DNA of 64,000 nucleotides from an uncultured Gemmatimonadales bacterium. GTDB taxonomy: Bacteria; Gemmatimonadota; Gemmatimonadetes; Gemmatimonadales; GWC2-71-9. The number at the start of each line of letters is the position of its first letter. Positions within the stretch are counted from its first letter, which is position 1. The translations under genes were made by a program, and so were the position numbers. Below, one piece after another: positions 18,669 through 28,214 of this stretch. The DNA lies in NCBI GenBank assembly GCA_963821525.1, contig CAWGED010000012.1, positions 128,001-192,000 on the forward strand, in the 5' to 3' direction. A model generated the notes under the pieces. That model did no database searches. It had not been told where the DNA came from and saw only the letters and a list, made by a program, of their open reading frames with translations.

Positions 18669-19517
18669 TCATGTTTCGATGACACCCCGTTTCGTGACCC
18701 ATTCGGTCCACGATCCGTCGTACAGTGTTGCTCCCTCAACCCCCAGGGTATCCAGCGCCAGTAGAAACGCGCACGCGCTCACTCCCGATCCACAACTTCC
18801 AATGATCGGCCGGTCGAGTCGAATGCCGGCGCCCGCTATGCGCTGACGTAGTTCATCCGGCGGGAGTAGCGTCCCGTCGGCTGCTACCAGACTGCCGTAC
18901 GGCAGGTTCAGTGCGCCAGGCATGTGGCCACTCGGCAGACCAGGACGCGGCTCGGAGTCGGATCCTTCGAACCGCCCGCGGCTTCGCATGTCCACGACCT
19001 GCGCCGAGCCAGAGCGCAGCGCGTCGGCGACCTCGTCCATAGTGCGCACAATCCCCGGGCGAAGCTTCGCGGTGAAGACCGCGGGCTCGACGCGCGGGGC
19101 TCCCGTCTCCATCGCCCTTCCCTCCGCCTTCCACTTCTTACTGCCACCATCCAGTACGGCGACCCGATCGTGGCCAAACGCCCGGAACAGCCACCAGGCC
19201 CGGCCGGCGCTCAGGTTGGCGCCCGAGCCGTCGTAAACCACCACGGTGCTGTCGTTCCCCACTCCCAACGCACCCACCTGCTCCGCAAAGCGGATTGCGG
19301 TCGGAAGCATGTGCGGCAACGAAGTCCGGTCGTCGCTCGCCGCGTCCAGATCGAAATACCGGGCGCCAGGAATGTGTCCCGCCACGAACTCGCTTCTACC
19401 GTCCCGTCCCGTCGATGGCAGGTACCACGAGGCGTCCAGCACCCGCACCTCGACCTGGTCGAGCCGTGCGGCGAGCCAGTGGGTGGACACTACTGAAGGA
19501 AGTACAGAATCGTTCAT
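18669..19517 (-). CDS. sseA: 3-mercaptopyruvate/thiosulfate sulfurtransferase (two rhodanese domains)
   Basis: VLDASWYLP, GHIPGA, HMLP, active loop CGSGVSA, LYDGSWTEW. Confidence 0.9.
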   Translation of the reverse strand: MNDSVLPSVVSTHWLAARLDQVEVRVLDASWYLPSTGRDGRSEFVAGHIPGARYFDLDAASDDRTSLPHMLPTAIRFAEQVGALGVGNDSTVVVYDGSGANLSAGRAWWLFRAFGHDRVAVLDGGSKKWKAEGRAMETGAPRVEPAVFTAKLRPGIVRTMDEVADALRSGSAQVVDMRSRGRFEGSDSEPRPGLPSGHMPGALNLPYGSLVAADGTLLPPDELRQRIAGAGIRLDRPIIGSCGSGVSACAFLLALDTLGVEGATLYDGSWTEWVTKRGVIET

Positions 19518-19537
19518 AACCGACAACCGACCAATGA

Positions 19538-19602
19538 ATTGACTCCGCGTATCCAGAGGTTGACCGATGCTTGTGCCGTACACCTTAGCTTGGGTCCCGA
19601 AA
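19538..19602 (+). promoter_or_regulatory. Promoter copy 1 of duplicated lipopeptide unit
   Basis: TTGAC 19539, TTGAC 19560, TAGCTTGG 19586; same spacing as copy 2. Confidence 0.6.
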
Positions 19603-19659
19603 ACATTGTCGAGCGACAATTACCCGCTGCCAGAGGTGGCGGTTACCAGGGAGGGAACC

Positions 19660-19896
19660 ATGTCGGTCAAACATGTGCTATGGATCGGCGCCAGCCTGAT
19701 GCTGGCGGCTTGCGATTCGACCAGCGGCCCCAATGTGGACGGGGTTCCCGACAACCGTAGCGGGCCGCCGCAGGTCCCCGCGCTCCCGGTGGAGACTACC
19801 CCGACCTGCCAAGTCTCAACGCAACCGGTAAGCTCGCGTATCTCGTCGGCGAGGGCGATACCCTGCCCGAACCAGCCGCAGAGACCGGTGCTTTAG
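19660..19896 (+). CDS. Small lipoprotein/lipopeptide (78 aa), paralog 1
   Basis: GGAGG RBS; MSVKHVLWIGASLMLAAC lipobox; two further Cys (C-x18-C). Confidence 0.75.
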   Translation: MSVKHVLWIGASLMLAACDSTSGPNVDGVPDNRSGPPQVPALPVETTPTCQVSTQPVSSRISSARAIPCPNQPQRPVL

Positions 19897-19953
19897 TCCC
19901 TCGAATCCGTGAGCGAAGCTTGGCCGAAGTCGCAAGTGCCTGCATGCGAAGGG

Positions 19954-20017
19954 ATTGACTCCCCCGGCCCGACGATTGACTGGGGCTTGGCCGCCGAGCT
20001 CTAGCTTGGCCTCGAAA
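19954..20017 (+). promoter_or_regulatory. Promoter copy 2 of duplicated lipopeptide unit
   Basis: TTGAC 19955, TTGAC 19976, TAGCTTGG 20002. Confidence 0.6.
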
Positions 20018-20070
20018 GCTGATCCCACAACTCGTTTCCCGCCGCTTCGCGGCCTGGCCTGGGAGGCCCT

Positions 20071-20289
20071 ATGTCGGTCAAGCAAGCGCTCTGGATTGGT
20101 GCGACCCTGTTGTTGGCTGCCTGTAGCTCCACTACTGAACCCAACGTTGTCCAAGCCGGCGGCACGACACCCGGTTCTGGCACAGGGACCCAGTGTGTTC
20201 CGGTTTCCCCCCGGACACCCCTGCTGAGGGCATCGGCGGAGCCGCGGTGCAAGCCGGCAGAGTTCGGCCTCAAGACTCTGCCCCGGTAA
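20071..20289 (+). CDS. Small lipoprotein/lipopeptide (72 aa), paralog 2
   Basis: GGAGG RBS; MSVKQALWIGATLLLAAC lipobox; two further Cys (C-x17-C). Confidence 0.75.
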   Translation: MSVKQALWIGATLLLAACSSTTEPNVVQAGGTTPGSGTGTQCVPVSPRTPLLRASAEPRCKPAEFGLKTLPR

Positions 20290-22396
20290 CCGGGTCTCCT
20301 CCCCTGGCATCGAGACGCGCGCGAAGCGTCGCAAGGATCGCCCGAGCATCCTGCTGTAACTCGGCGCCATAAGCCTCGGCGCTGACCAGGCAGCGCCGGG
20401 CGGTCCTGCGATCGCCAGTCGCCAGCGCATCGGCGGCGATCTGCAGCAACCCCGAAAAAGTCTCGGGTGTCGGTGAGAGCCGCACCTGCAATTCCGCCCG
20501 CAATACCCGAGAGGCGAGGTCTACTCGACCGGTGAGAAGCTCGACGGCTCGCCGCCGAAGGTCCCTTACCTGTCCCGGCGTGAGCATGGCACGCTCGACA
20601 ACCGTCTGGATGAGCGGCGTGGCGAACGCGTAACGGTCACCCTCCAGCACCAGGAAGTGATGCTGTTCGAGCCTCGTCAGCTGGGAGGGGAGGTCACCCG
20701 CGGCATCGCCAGACAGGGCGGCAACCATGGAGAGATCGAGGACCCGAGTTCCTATCGCAGCGGAGGCGAGAAGGATCCGTGACCTTGCATCGAGCCGCGC
20801 GATTTGGGCAAGGACGGCCGACCTTACCAGCTGAGGAACTTCGACCGGCAGCAGGCTCTCGAAGGTTTCTTCTGGTGGGGGCCACACCACTGCTCGCTCG
20901 CGCAGGGCGATACTCTCCGAGAGACTGCGCAACAAGGCCACGGCCAGGAGTGGCCGGCCGGCTGTCTCGACCATGAGTCGGCGAACCAGGCGATTGCGTG
21001 CCGACGACTCGTCACACCAGGGCGCCATTGCGGTTACCAGATCGGTCATCGCCTTGGCATCGAGCTCTTCCAGAGTGAAGACCTGACCCGGGAGCGCGCG
21101 ACCGATCTGGGCCTGCAGCTCGATCAGCTGACGGGGAGTGTCGGGATCGCCGGCGACCGCGGTCAGCAGCAGAAAGGCCCGCGTGTCGGTGAGACTCTCC
21201 ATCGCGTCGCGCAGCGCACCGAGCGAGGCATCGTCGGCAAATTGTGCCTGGTCCAATCCGATCACCACCGGCACTTCCTCGGTGACGGCGCGCAGCATCA
21301 TCCCCAGCGCGAGTGCGATTTCCCCCTGATCCCGCGGTTCTCGAGGAGCTACCCGCGAGGCAAGCTCGGGAATCACCGCGGCGAGAACCGCCAGAGCGCC
21401 GGGATCCGTGGCGGCGAGTCCCGGTGCGCTCAGCAATCCGCGCCGGACCACGCTCCTGAGAGTGCTCCACGGTATGGTCTGGTCCGCCTCGATCGGGCGG
21501 GTAACGCATGTGGTGGCACCCTCAAGCGCCAGTCGCAATATCGTTTCGCTGAACAACCGGGTCTTTCCGATCCCCGGCTCGCCCTCGAAGAGCAGGGTCG
21601 CTCCGCGCGACCCGGGAGCGAGCCAGCGAGCCAGCTCCTGCAGTGTCCCGGCCCGCCCCACAAGCTGCGGCTCGTCGAGCGGCTTCCCCGCGGAGTCGAG
21701 CCACCGCCCCTCGCGGATTCGCTGAGCCAACGCAGAGAGTTCGGGACTCGGCCGCTCCTCCAGCTCCCCCAGGCCTTCGGCGAATCGGTGAAACTCCCGC
21801 AGGGCCCCGGAGGCATCCCCGCCCAGGGCCGCGGCTCGCATCGCCAAACGAATGGCCGGTTCCGAGTACGGCTCCAGGCCGAGCGCGTGTCGAGCGGCTT
21901 CCAACGCCTCCGTTGTCTTGCCCAGGGCAAGAAGCTCCTGAGCGGCCTCCACGAACGAATGTGTTGCTTGCGTGCGGAAACGGGTCCGCGCCGACTCCAC
22001 CCACTCCTCGAATGCGGGGGCGTCATCGAGGGTAAATCCCTCGAGGAAGACCCCGCTCGGACGGGCGGCACCAGACACGACCAGGGCATCGATTTCGAGA
22101 TTGCCAGGCGCCAGTCTTACCGAGTCAGTCTCCGTGATGATTCGCTCAGACCCGAGACTCACTCGCAACCGACGCAGAGCCTCATTCAGAGAGTGACGGG
22201 CCTTCGCGTCGTCTTTATCCGGCCAGAGGAGGCCGAGCAGGTGCTCCCGGCTTCGCGTCATCCCGGGGGAAAGGGCCAGATAGATGAGCAGAGCCAGGTG
22301 TTTCCGCCACAAGACGTCGGGCGGAGGCACCTCGCCGGAGAGCCGGGCGGTAGGCGCCCCGAACGTGATCAGCCGAAGCGGAGGAGGCGAGGACAT
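20270..22396 (-). CDS. SARP/AfsR-like regulator: wHTH, BTAD and P-loop ATPase
   Basis: ALLIYLAL..SREHLLGLLWP..ARHSL, FLEGF...FEEWVE, LEPYSE, LVGR, Walker A GEPGIGKT. Confidence 0.9.
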   Translation of the reverse strand: MSSPPPLRLITFGAPTARLSGEVPPPDVLWRKHLALLIYLALSPGMTRSREHLLGLLWPDKDDAKARHSLNEALRRLRVSLGSERIITETDSVRLAPGNLEIDALVVSGAARPSGVFLEGFTLDDAPAFEEWVESARTRFRTQATHSFVEAAQELLALGKTTEALEAARHALGLEPYSEPAIRLAMRAAALGGDASGALREFHRFAEGLGELEERPSPELSALAQRIREGRWLDSAGKPLDEPQLVGRAGTLQELARWLAPGSRGATLLFEGEPGIGKTRLFSETILRLALEGATTCVTRPIEADQTIPWSTLRSVVRRGLLSAPGLAATDPGALAVLAAVIPELASRVAPREPRDQGEIALALGMMLRAVTEEVPVVIGLDQAQFADDASLGALRDAMESLTDTRAFLLLTAVAGDPDTPRQLIELQAQIGRALPGQVFTLEELDAKAMTDLVTAMAPWCDESSARNRLVRRLMVETAGRPLLAVALLRSLSESIALRERAVVWPPPEETFESLLPVEVPQLVRSAVLAQIARLDARSRILLASAAIGTRVLDLSMVAALSGDAAGDLPSQLTRLEQHHFLVLEGDRYAFATPLIQTVVERAMLTPGQVRDLRRRAVELLTGRVDLASRVLRAELQVRLSPTPETFSGLLQIAADALATGDRRTARRCLVSAEAYGAELQQDARAILATLRARLDARGGDPVTGAES

Positions 22397-22467
22397 GACC
22401 AGATATCATACCAGCAGATCACAGCTCCGTCACGCTGGGGCCCGGACTCGGCGCAGGATCTGTCATG

Positions 22468-22503
22468 AAAAAACCCGGGCCCATGACTTCAGGCCCGGGT
22501 TTC
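22468..22503 (-). terminator. Intrinsic terminator after the HEAT gene
   Basis: AAACCCGGGCC / GGCCCGGGTTT stem followed by a T6 run on the minus strand. Confidence 0.75.
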
Positions 22504-22525
22504 GATAGTTCGCGGCGGGAAGGAA

Positions 22526-23848
22526 CTATTCCTTGTGCTCGCCCAGCGCCTCCGCGGCTGCTTTCCTCACCTCGGCATCATCATCCTTGATGGCGGTAAC
22601 GAGGTAAGTCGTCACTCGCGAATCCTCCATCTGGCCGAGGGCCTCGATCACCTTCCGGCGTACCTCGACCCGCTCGTCGTGAATCGCAGCACCCAGCCCG
22701 GGCACGGCCGCGGCATCGCCGATGTTGCCAAGCGACTCGGCCGCCTTTTCCCGGATCTCCCAATCGGAATCCTTGAGTGCGGCGATCAAAGCCGGCGGAG
22801 CCCGATTCAAGTCGTCGAGGTTCCCCAACGCCTCGACCGCGGCGCGCCGTACCTCTTTGTCCGAATCGTTCAATGCTCCTCCTAGAGCATCGGCCGCCGC
22901 GGGATCCTCGATATTACCCAGCGCTTCGGCGGTAGCGCGGCGTACCTCGGAATCGGAATCGTTAAGGAGCTTGAGCAGGGGTCGAGTAGCCTTCTTGTCT
23001 TCGATGTCCCCCAGGGCCCGGACCACCGCGAGGCGCACTTCGACATCGGGGTCTCCAAGGATCGCCGTGAGACCACCAGTTGCCCGAGCGTCTTCGATAT
23101 CTCCCAACGCCTCTGCCGCCAGTCTGCGGGTTTCGGTGTCCTGAGACTTGAGCATCGGCAGGAGCGGATCCACGGCCTTCGGATCCTCGATCTGTCCGAG
23201 CGCCCAGATCGCGGCATGACGGAGGCCGGCGTTCTGGGTCTTGAGTGCATCGACCAGAGGCGGGATGGCCTTGGCGTCTTCGATTTCACCGAGCGCCCAG
23301 GCCGACATGCGGGCCACATCGCCATCCGGATCGCGCAACGATTTGGTGAGCGCATCGAATGAGCCCATGTCTTCCGCGTGCCCCAGCCCGAGTACCGCCG
23401 CTTCGCGAAGCTTCCCATCGGAGCTCTTCATTGCCTCACGGAGCGTCCGCACCGCCTCGGCGTTGTTGCTCCCACCCAGGAGCTGAGCGGCGGTACGGCG
23501 CAGACAGGGATTCGGGTCGGACAAATGACTCCCCAGTACCCGGATCGCCTTGGCATCTTTCACATCCTGGTTGAACATGTCTTTGACCGCGCGGTCGTCC
23601 GCGGTGTGATCCCGCAAAGCCGCAATCTGGCTCGCGTCACTGCTCCAGCTCCAGCCATTGCGCAGCTGATCGGCGGTGAATTCGCACACCACAGGATCGG
23701 CACTACCCAAGGCGCCGAACATTCGCACTATCGCGGCGGAATCCGGCCCCGGCCGATTGGAATGATCCGGCGACCGGACGCTACCGACGACTCCCACACC
23801 GGCGCCCAGCGTGACCACTCCGGTTGCTGCAAGGAGGAATAGCTTCAT
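22526..23848 (-). CDS. Exported or membrane-anchored HEAT-repeat (PBS-lyase-like) protein
   Basis: N-terminal hydrophobic signal, then about 11 repeats of D.D.EVR.AA.EALG.I.D. Confidence 0.92.
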   Translation of the reverse strand: MKLFLLAATGVVTLGAGVGVVGSVRSPDHSNRPGPDSAAIVRMFGALGSADPVVCEFTADQLRNGWSWSSDASQIAALRDHTADDRAVKDMFNQDVKDAKAIRVLGSHLSDPNPCLRRTAAQLLGGSNNAEAVRTLREAMKSSDGKLREAAVLGLGHAEDMGSFDALTKSLRDPDGDVARMSAWALGEIEDAKAIPPLVDALKTQNAGLRHAAIWALGQIEDPKAVDPLLPMLKSQDTETRRLAAEALGDIEDARATGGLTAILGDPDVEVRLAVVRALGDIEDKKATRPLLKLLNDSDSEVRRATAEALGNIEDPAAADALGGALNDSDKEVRRAAVEALGNLDDLNRAPPALIAALKDSDWEIREKAAESLGNIGDAAAVPGLGAAIHDERVEVRRKVIEALGQMEDSRVTTYLVTAIKDDDAEVRKAAAEALGEHKE

Positions 23849-23864
23849 GAAGCCCTCAGTTGAG

Positions 23865-23927
23865 CCACAGCTCTTAGCTTTTAGCTGTTAGCTGTTCAAT
23901 CTGCAATCTGAAATCTTCAATCTTCAA
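23865..23927. repeat. Nine consecutive degenerate heptamers between M56 and HEAT genes
   Basis: CCACAGC TCTTAGC TTTTAGC TGTTAGC TGTTCAA TCTGCAA TCTGAAA TCTTCAA TCTTCAA. Confidence 0.75.
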
Positions 23928-26132
23928 TTCGACTCATCCCTCTGCCCCAGCGCCTCAGCCGCCTGCCTTCTGACATTGGGGTCGGTCGACTTGAGTGCGG
24001 CGACCAAGGCATCCAGCGCCGACGAATCCCGAACCTCACTCAGGGCGTCGATCGCGGCATCGCGGACGTCGGCGTTCGAATCATTCAATGCGACGCGCAG
24101 CGTCGGGACGGACTTGGGGTCCCGAATCTGGCCCAGTGCCTGGATCGCGTTCTGCCGGACGTCAGGGTTCTTGTCCTTGGTGGCTTCGATCAGAGCCGCC
24201 GGGAGCAGTAGTAAGACCGAGCTGGGATAGCGACTGGGCCGCAGCACTCCGAACGTCGGCATCCGAGTCGCGCAGTGCCGCGGCAAGCGGTTCAGCAGCC
24301 GCAGGGTCTTCCAGGTTGCCCAACGCGTGGGCCGTCTGGTGCCGCACGTCAGCCGAAGGGTCCGACAGCAGCTTGATCAGCGGACGGACCGCCCGCTTGT
24401 CCTGCACTTCGCTGATGGCTTCGACCGCCGCCTCGCGCACTTCGGCATTGCTGTCCGACAGCGCCGCGATGAAAGCATCCACCGGCTTGTTCCCGCCCTC
24501 CATGTTGCTGATGGCGGAGATAGCACGACGGCGCACTTCGGGAGAGCTGTCCTTGATCGCCGCAGTCAGCCCGGGGATGGCGCGCGGATCTTCCATGTTC
24601 CCCAGCGCATCCGCGGCGCAGGCGCGAACCTCGCTGTCCGTGTCCCGCAGGGCCTCGATCAACGCAGGGACCGACCGGGGATCCTCGAGGTTGCCGAGCG
24701 ATGAGGCGGCCGCACGACGCACTTTCACATCGGTGTCCTTGAGGGCCGCGATCAGAGCGGGCACCGCGGTGTTCGTCGTGTCACCCGCGTGCTTTCCACC
24801 GAACTCGACGCCACCCTTGATCCCTTTAAGCTTGGGCATCACCATGGAGCTGACCTCTACATGAGGCATCGGCTCGATCGGAGTCCGCGCCAGCGCAGCC
24901 TTGACCTGCCGCATCGCGCGCCGCTCGATCTCCCTGGTGTGAATGTGCATCTTGTTCAGCGAGAACTGCATCGAACGCTCACCAGTGTCCGACACGACGG
25001 CCTTGGAGTCCTCCTCCTGCTGCACGTCCGTCGGGACGGCCGAAATCCCCGGCACCGAGAACGCCGTGATGAGGACCAGGGCCACCGCAGCAGGGATCAA
25101 CCAGAACCGGCGAGGCTGTGGGCGCATTGCGTGATTCTCGATGAGACGGTGAATACGGGAAACCAGCTGGCTGCGACGCTCGGCCATGGCCGACAGCGGC
25201 ACCGGTTGGGGTGAGGTATCGATCCATTCGGCCACCTTCACCAGGCACTTGGCGAGCACCAGGCCGGACCCTGTCCGGCGTGCGGCCCAGTCGTCGCAGA
25301 CGAATTCCGCCGCTTCCTGAATCCGGAGCCGAGCCAGCCGGTTGAGCGGCTGGAAGAAGAAGACCCGCTCGATGATGCATCCGAGGGTGAGCCACTGCGG
25401 ATCGCGCCGGGCGAGGTGGGCCAGCTCGTGCGCCAGCATGCTCTCCTGCGCTTCGGGCCCGAGCTCGGTCAGCGCTGCTTCAGGCAGGGCGATTTCGGAG
25501 CTACCCAGCGCTACAGGGCTGGAAAGACCGGGAGCTGCCGTCAAGCTGACGCTGCGACGGATTCCGGCATCGACCCGGAGCCGGTTGAGCACCAGTGCCA
25601 GACGCGGATCGTCGATCGGCCGGCGGGAACCCAGCCGGTAGAAGAGCCGGAGCCGGTTGGCACCATACAGGATCAGCAGCAGGCCGGCACTCACCGCCCA
25701 CGCGATCAGCGCGAACGGCTGCGCGCGATTAACCTGCTCGGGCACCGGTTGCATCGCCGCGTCCACAGGAGCCGTCGGTGTCGAGGTTCCCTTGGCAGCG
25801 TTGAAGAGCGGCCCAGTGACCGGCATCTCGTCGATCGCTTTCTTTTCTACTGCGGGGCTCACCGCCCGATCGGCTTTCAGTGGAGCGGTGGCGTGCCTTT
25901 CAGCCGGAGCGGCACCCATACCGACGATTGAAACCAGGCCGCCGACGGGCACAAACCCTAAACCAGCCTGAAGCGTGGTGGTGATGAGCGACCCCACGAG
26001 AGCAGATTTCCAGATCACGTCGCGCACATCATGAGACCGTACCAGGCGCCAGGTGACCAGCCACGCGGCGGCCAGAAGGACGGTGCTGTGGAGCGCGTAG
26101 GTGAAGAGCCAGGAGGCGATGTGTTCAGTCAT
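23924..26132 (-). CDS. BlaR1-like M56 metallopeptidase fused to C-terminal HEAT repeats; frameshift near 24200-24220
   Basis: LAHELAHLARRD, FFFQPL, EFVCDDWA, QLVSRIHRL, TM, then HEAT repeats continuing in ORF 23924..24286. Confidence 0.9.
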
Positions 26133-26523
26133 GGCGGGGTCCCTCGGTGCCGGCTTCGTGTTCGGCTATCAGCTCTTTGATGCGTTCAAGATCGCCCGAA
26201 CTGACTTCGCGGGCGGAAAGCAGGTGGGTCATCAGCGCGGCGACGTCGCCATCAAAGAGCCGCTCGGTAAGCTCGGTGACCATCGAACGCTGAACTTCCG
26301 ATTCGGTGACCAGCGGAGCATAGACGAACTGGCGGGCTCGGGTCCGGTGGGAGACGACACCGCGGCGCTCCAACCGCGAAAGTAGGGTAGCGATCGTGGT
26401 CTGTGCCAGTCCTCGCTCGTCCCGGAGCGCGTCCGCAATCTCGGCCACCGTCGCTTCTCTCCGTTCCCAGAGAATCCGCATGATGGCGATCTGAAGATCA
26501 GTCAACTGATGAGTCTCGGGCAT
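26125..26523 (-). CDS. BlaI/MecI/CopY-family repressor
   Basis: LTDLQIAIMRILW, LAQTTIATLLSRLE, RQFVY, LFDG; overlaps the M56 start. Confidence 0.95.
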   Translation of the reverse strand: MPETHQLTDLQIAIMRILWERREATVAEIADALRDERGLAQTTIATLLSRLERRGVVSHRTRARQFVYAPLVTESEVQRSMVTELTERLFDGDVAALMTHLLSAREVSSGDLERIKELIAEHEAGTEGPRHD

Positions 26524-26545
26524 ATCCCCTCGGGGTTTGGCTTGA

Positions 26546-26573
26546 ACTACATGTGTAATATTACACCAGTAGT
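26546..26573. promoter_or_regulatory. Tandem BlaI-type operator overlapping the promoter
   Basis: ACTACATGTGTAAT ATTACACCAGTAGT: TACA-N2-TGTA plus TACA-N2-AGTA; TTGACA and TTGACT just upstream on the minus strand. Confidence 0.85.
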
Positions 26574-26694
26574 CAATCTGTCAAGACCAAGGCGATCTGT
26601 CGCCGAGTGGGCGGTCTTACGAGGCCGTGCAACGACAAGTGTCAAAGCGGAACTTTCCCTGCCCGAGATGCCCGACAAGAGATAGACTATCCGT

Positions 26695-27195
26695 ATGCCC
26701 CCCAGGTCGTTGTCCTCCGGCGCCGGTCTGGCAGACCTCTGGACCAAGCTCAGCCCAATCCCGGGTGGCAGCTGGCTGTTCAGCCGCGCCCTGGGCTTCA
26801 TGGTCCCCTACTCCGGTAGTATCGGGGCCCACATCCGGGCGCTCGAACCCGGATACGCGCGCGTCGAATTGCGTGACCGCCGCGGAGTCCGGAATCATCT
26901 CGGTTCAGTTCACGCCATCGCACTGGCCAACCTGGGTGAGGTGACGACGGGACTCGCGACGCTGGTGGGCCTGCCCGAAAATGTCCGCGGAATCCTCACC
27001 GGGCTTTCCATCGAGTACATGAAGAAGGCACGCGGCACGCTGATCGCCGAATGCCGGACCGCGATTCCCGTGGTAACTGCATCCATTGATCACGACGCGA
27101 TTGGGGAGATTCGGGACGGCGCCTCCGACCTGGTGGCGCGAGTGACCGCGAAGTGGCGAATCGGCCTGATCGAACCCAAGGCCCGAGCGACGTGA
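26695..27195 (+). CDS. Hotdog-fold (PaaI/DUF4442-like) thioesterase-family protein
   Basis: PYSGSIG, RNHLGSVHAIALANLGE, IEYMKKARG. Confidence 0.88.
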   Translation: MPPRSLSSGAGLADLWTKLSPIPGGSWLFSRALGFMVPYSGSIGAHIRALEPGYARVELRDRRGVRNHLGSVHAIALANLGEVTTGLATLVGLPENVRGILTGLSIEYMKKARGTLIAECRTAIPVVTASIDHDAIGEIRDGASDLVARVTAKWRIGLIEPKARAT

Positions 27196-28214
27196 CCTTC
27201 TCAACCTCGCTCACCGCACATGCAGGCATCGAAGTCCCGCTGATCTGCGGTGCCATGTATCCCTGCAGCAATCCTGAACTGGTCGCGGCGGTCTCGGAGG
27301 CCGGCGGGATCGGGATTGTCCAACCCATTTCACTCACCTACGTCCACGGTCACGATTTTCGGGAGGGACTCCGTCTCATCCGGCGGCTGACTTCCAAGCC
27401 GATCGGCATGAACGCCCTGATCGAGCAATCGTCCCGCACCTACCATGAGCGCATGTCGCGCTGGATCGATATCGCTCTGGAGGAAGGAGTTCGCTTCTTC
27501 GTGACCTCGCTCGGGAACCCGCGCTGGGTTGTGGAGCGCGTGACCCCGGTCGGGGGCGTGGTCTACCACGACGTGACCGAGCGCAAATGGGCGGACAAGG
27601 GGCTCGCGGGAGGAGTGAAGGGACTGATCGCGGTCAATCGCCGAGCGGGCGGGCACGCCGGTCCAAGATCAGCCGAGGAGCTGATCGAAGAGCTGGGTCC
27701 GTTGGGGGTTCCTCTGATCTGTGCCGGGGGAATCGGGGATCCGGCGGAGTTCGCCGCAGCGTTGAGAATGGGATACGCCGGTGCCCAGCTCGGCACCCGG
27801 TTCATCGCCACGCCGGAGTGTCATGCGAGCACCGCTTACAAGGAGGCGATTCTCCGAGCGACGGAAGCGGATATCGTCCTGAGCGAGCGAATCACCGGAG
27901 TCCCGGTCGCTGTCATCCGTACGCCGTTCGTCGAACGGATGGGACTCAAGGCAGGACCGATCGCCCGCTGGATGCTGCGCGGTCGCAGGACCAAGCACTG
28001 GATGCGCACCATCTACGCGCTCAAGTCACTCTGGCAGCTCAAGAAGGCGTCGCTGGACGAGTCGGGAGAGCGGGACTACTGGCAGGCTGGTAAGAGTGCC
28101 GGGAAGATCACCGCGATTGAACCGGCGGGTGAGATCGTCCGCCGTTTCGCGGAGCGTGCGGCGGAAGAGAAGGCTCGACTGCCTCAGGGTGAGCGCCCGA
28201 CAATCAGGCGGTAG
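27192..28214 (+). CDS. Nitronate monooxygenase / FabK-like flavin oxidoreductase
   Basis: PLICGAMYPCSNPELVAAVSEAGGIG, AGGHAG, AGGIGD, GTRFIATPE, WQAGKS; GTGA overlap with upstream stop. Confidence 0.92.
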   Translation: MTFSTSLTAHAGIEVPLICGAMYPCSNPELVAAVSEAGGIGIVQPISLTYVHGHDFREGLRLIRRLTSKPIGMNALIEQSSRTYHERMSRWIDIALEEGVRFFVTSLGNPRWVVERVTPVGGVVYHDVTERKWADKGLAGGVKGLIAVNRRAGGHAGPRSAEELIEELGPLGVPLICAGGIGDPAEFAAALRMGYAGAQLGTRFIATPECHASTAYKEAILRATEADIVLSERITGVPVAVIRTPFVERMGLKAGPIARWMLRGRRTKHWMRTIYALKSLWQLKKASLDESGERDYWQAGKSAGKITAIEPAGEIVRRFAERAAEEKARLPQGERPTIRR

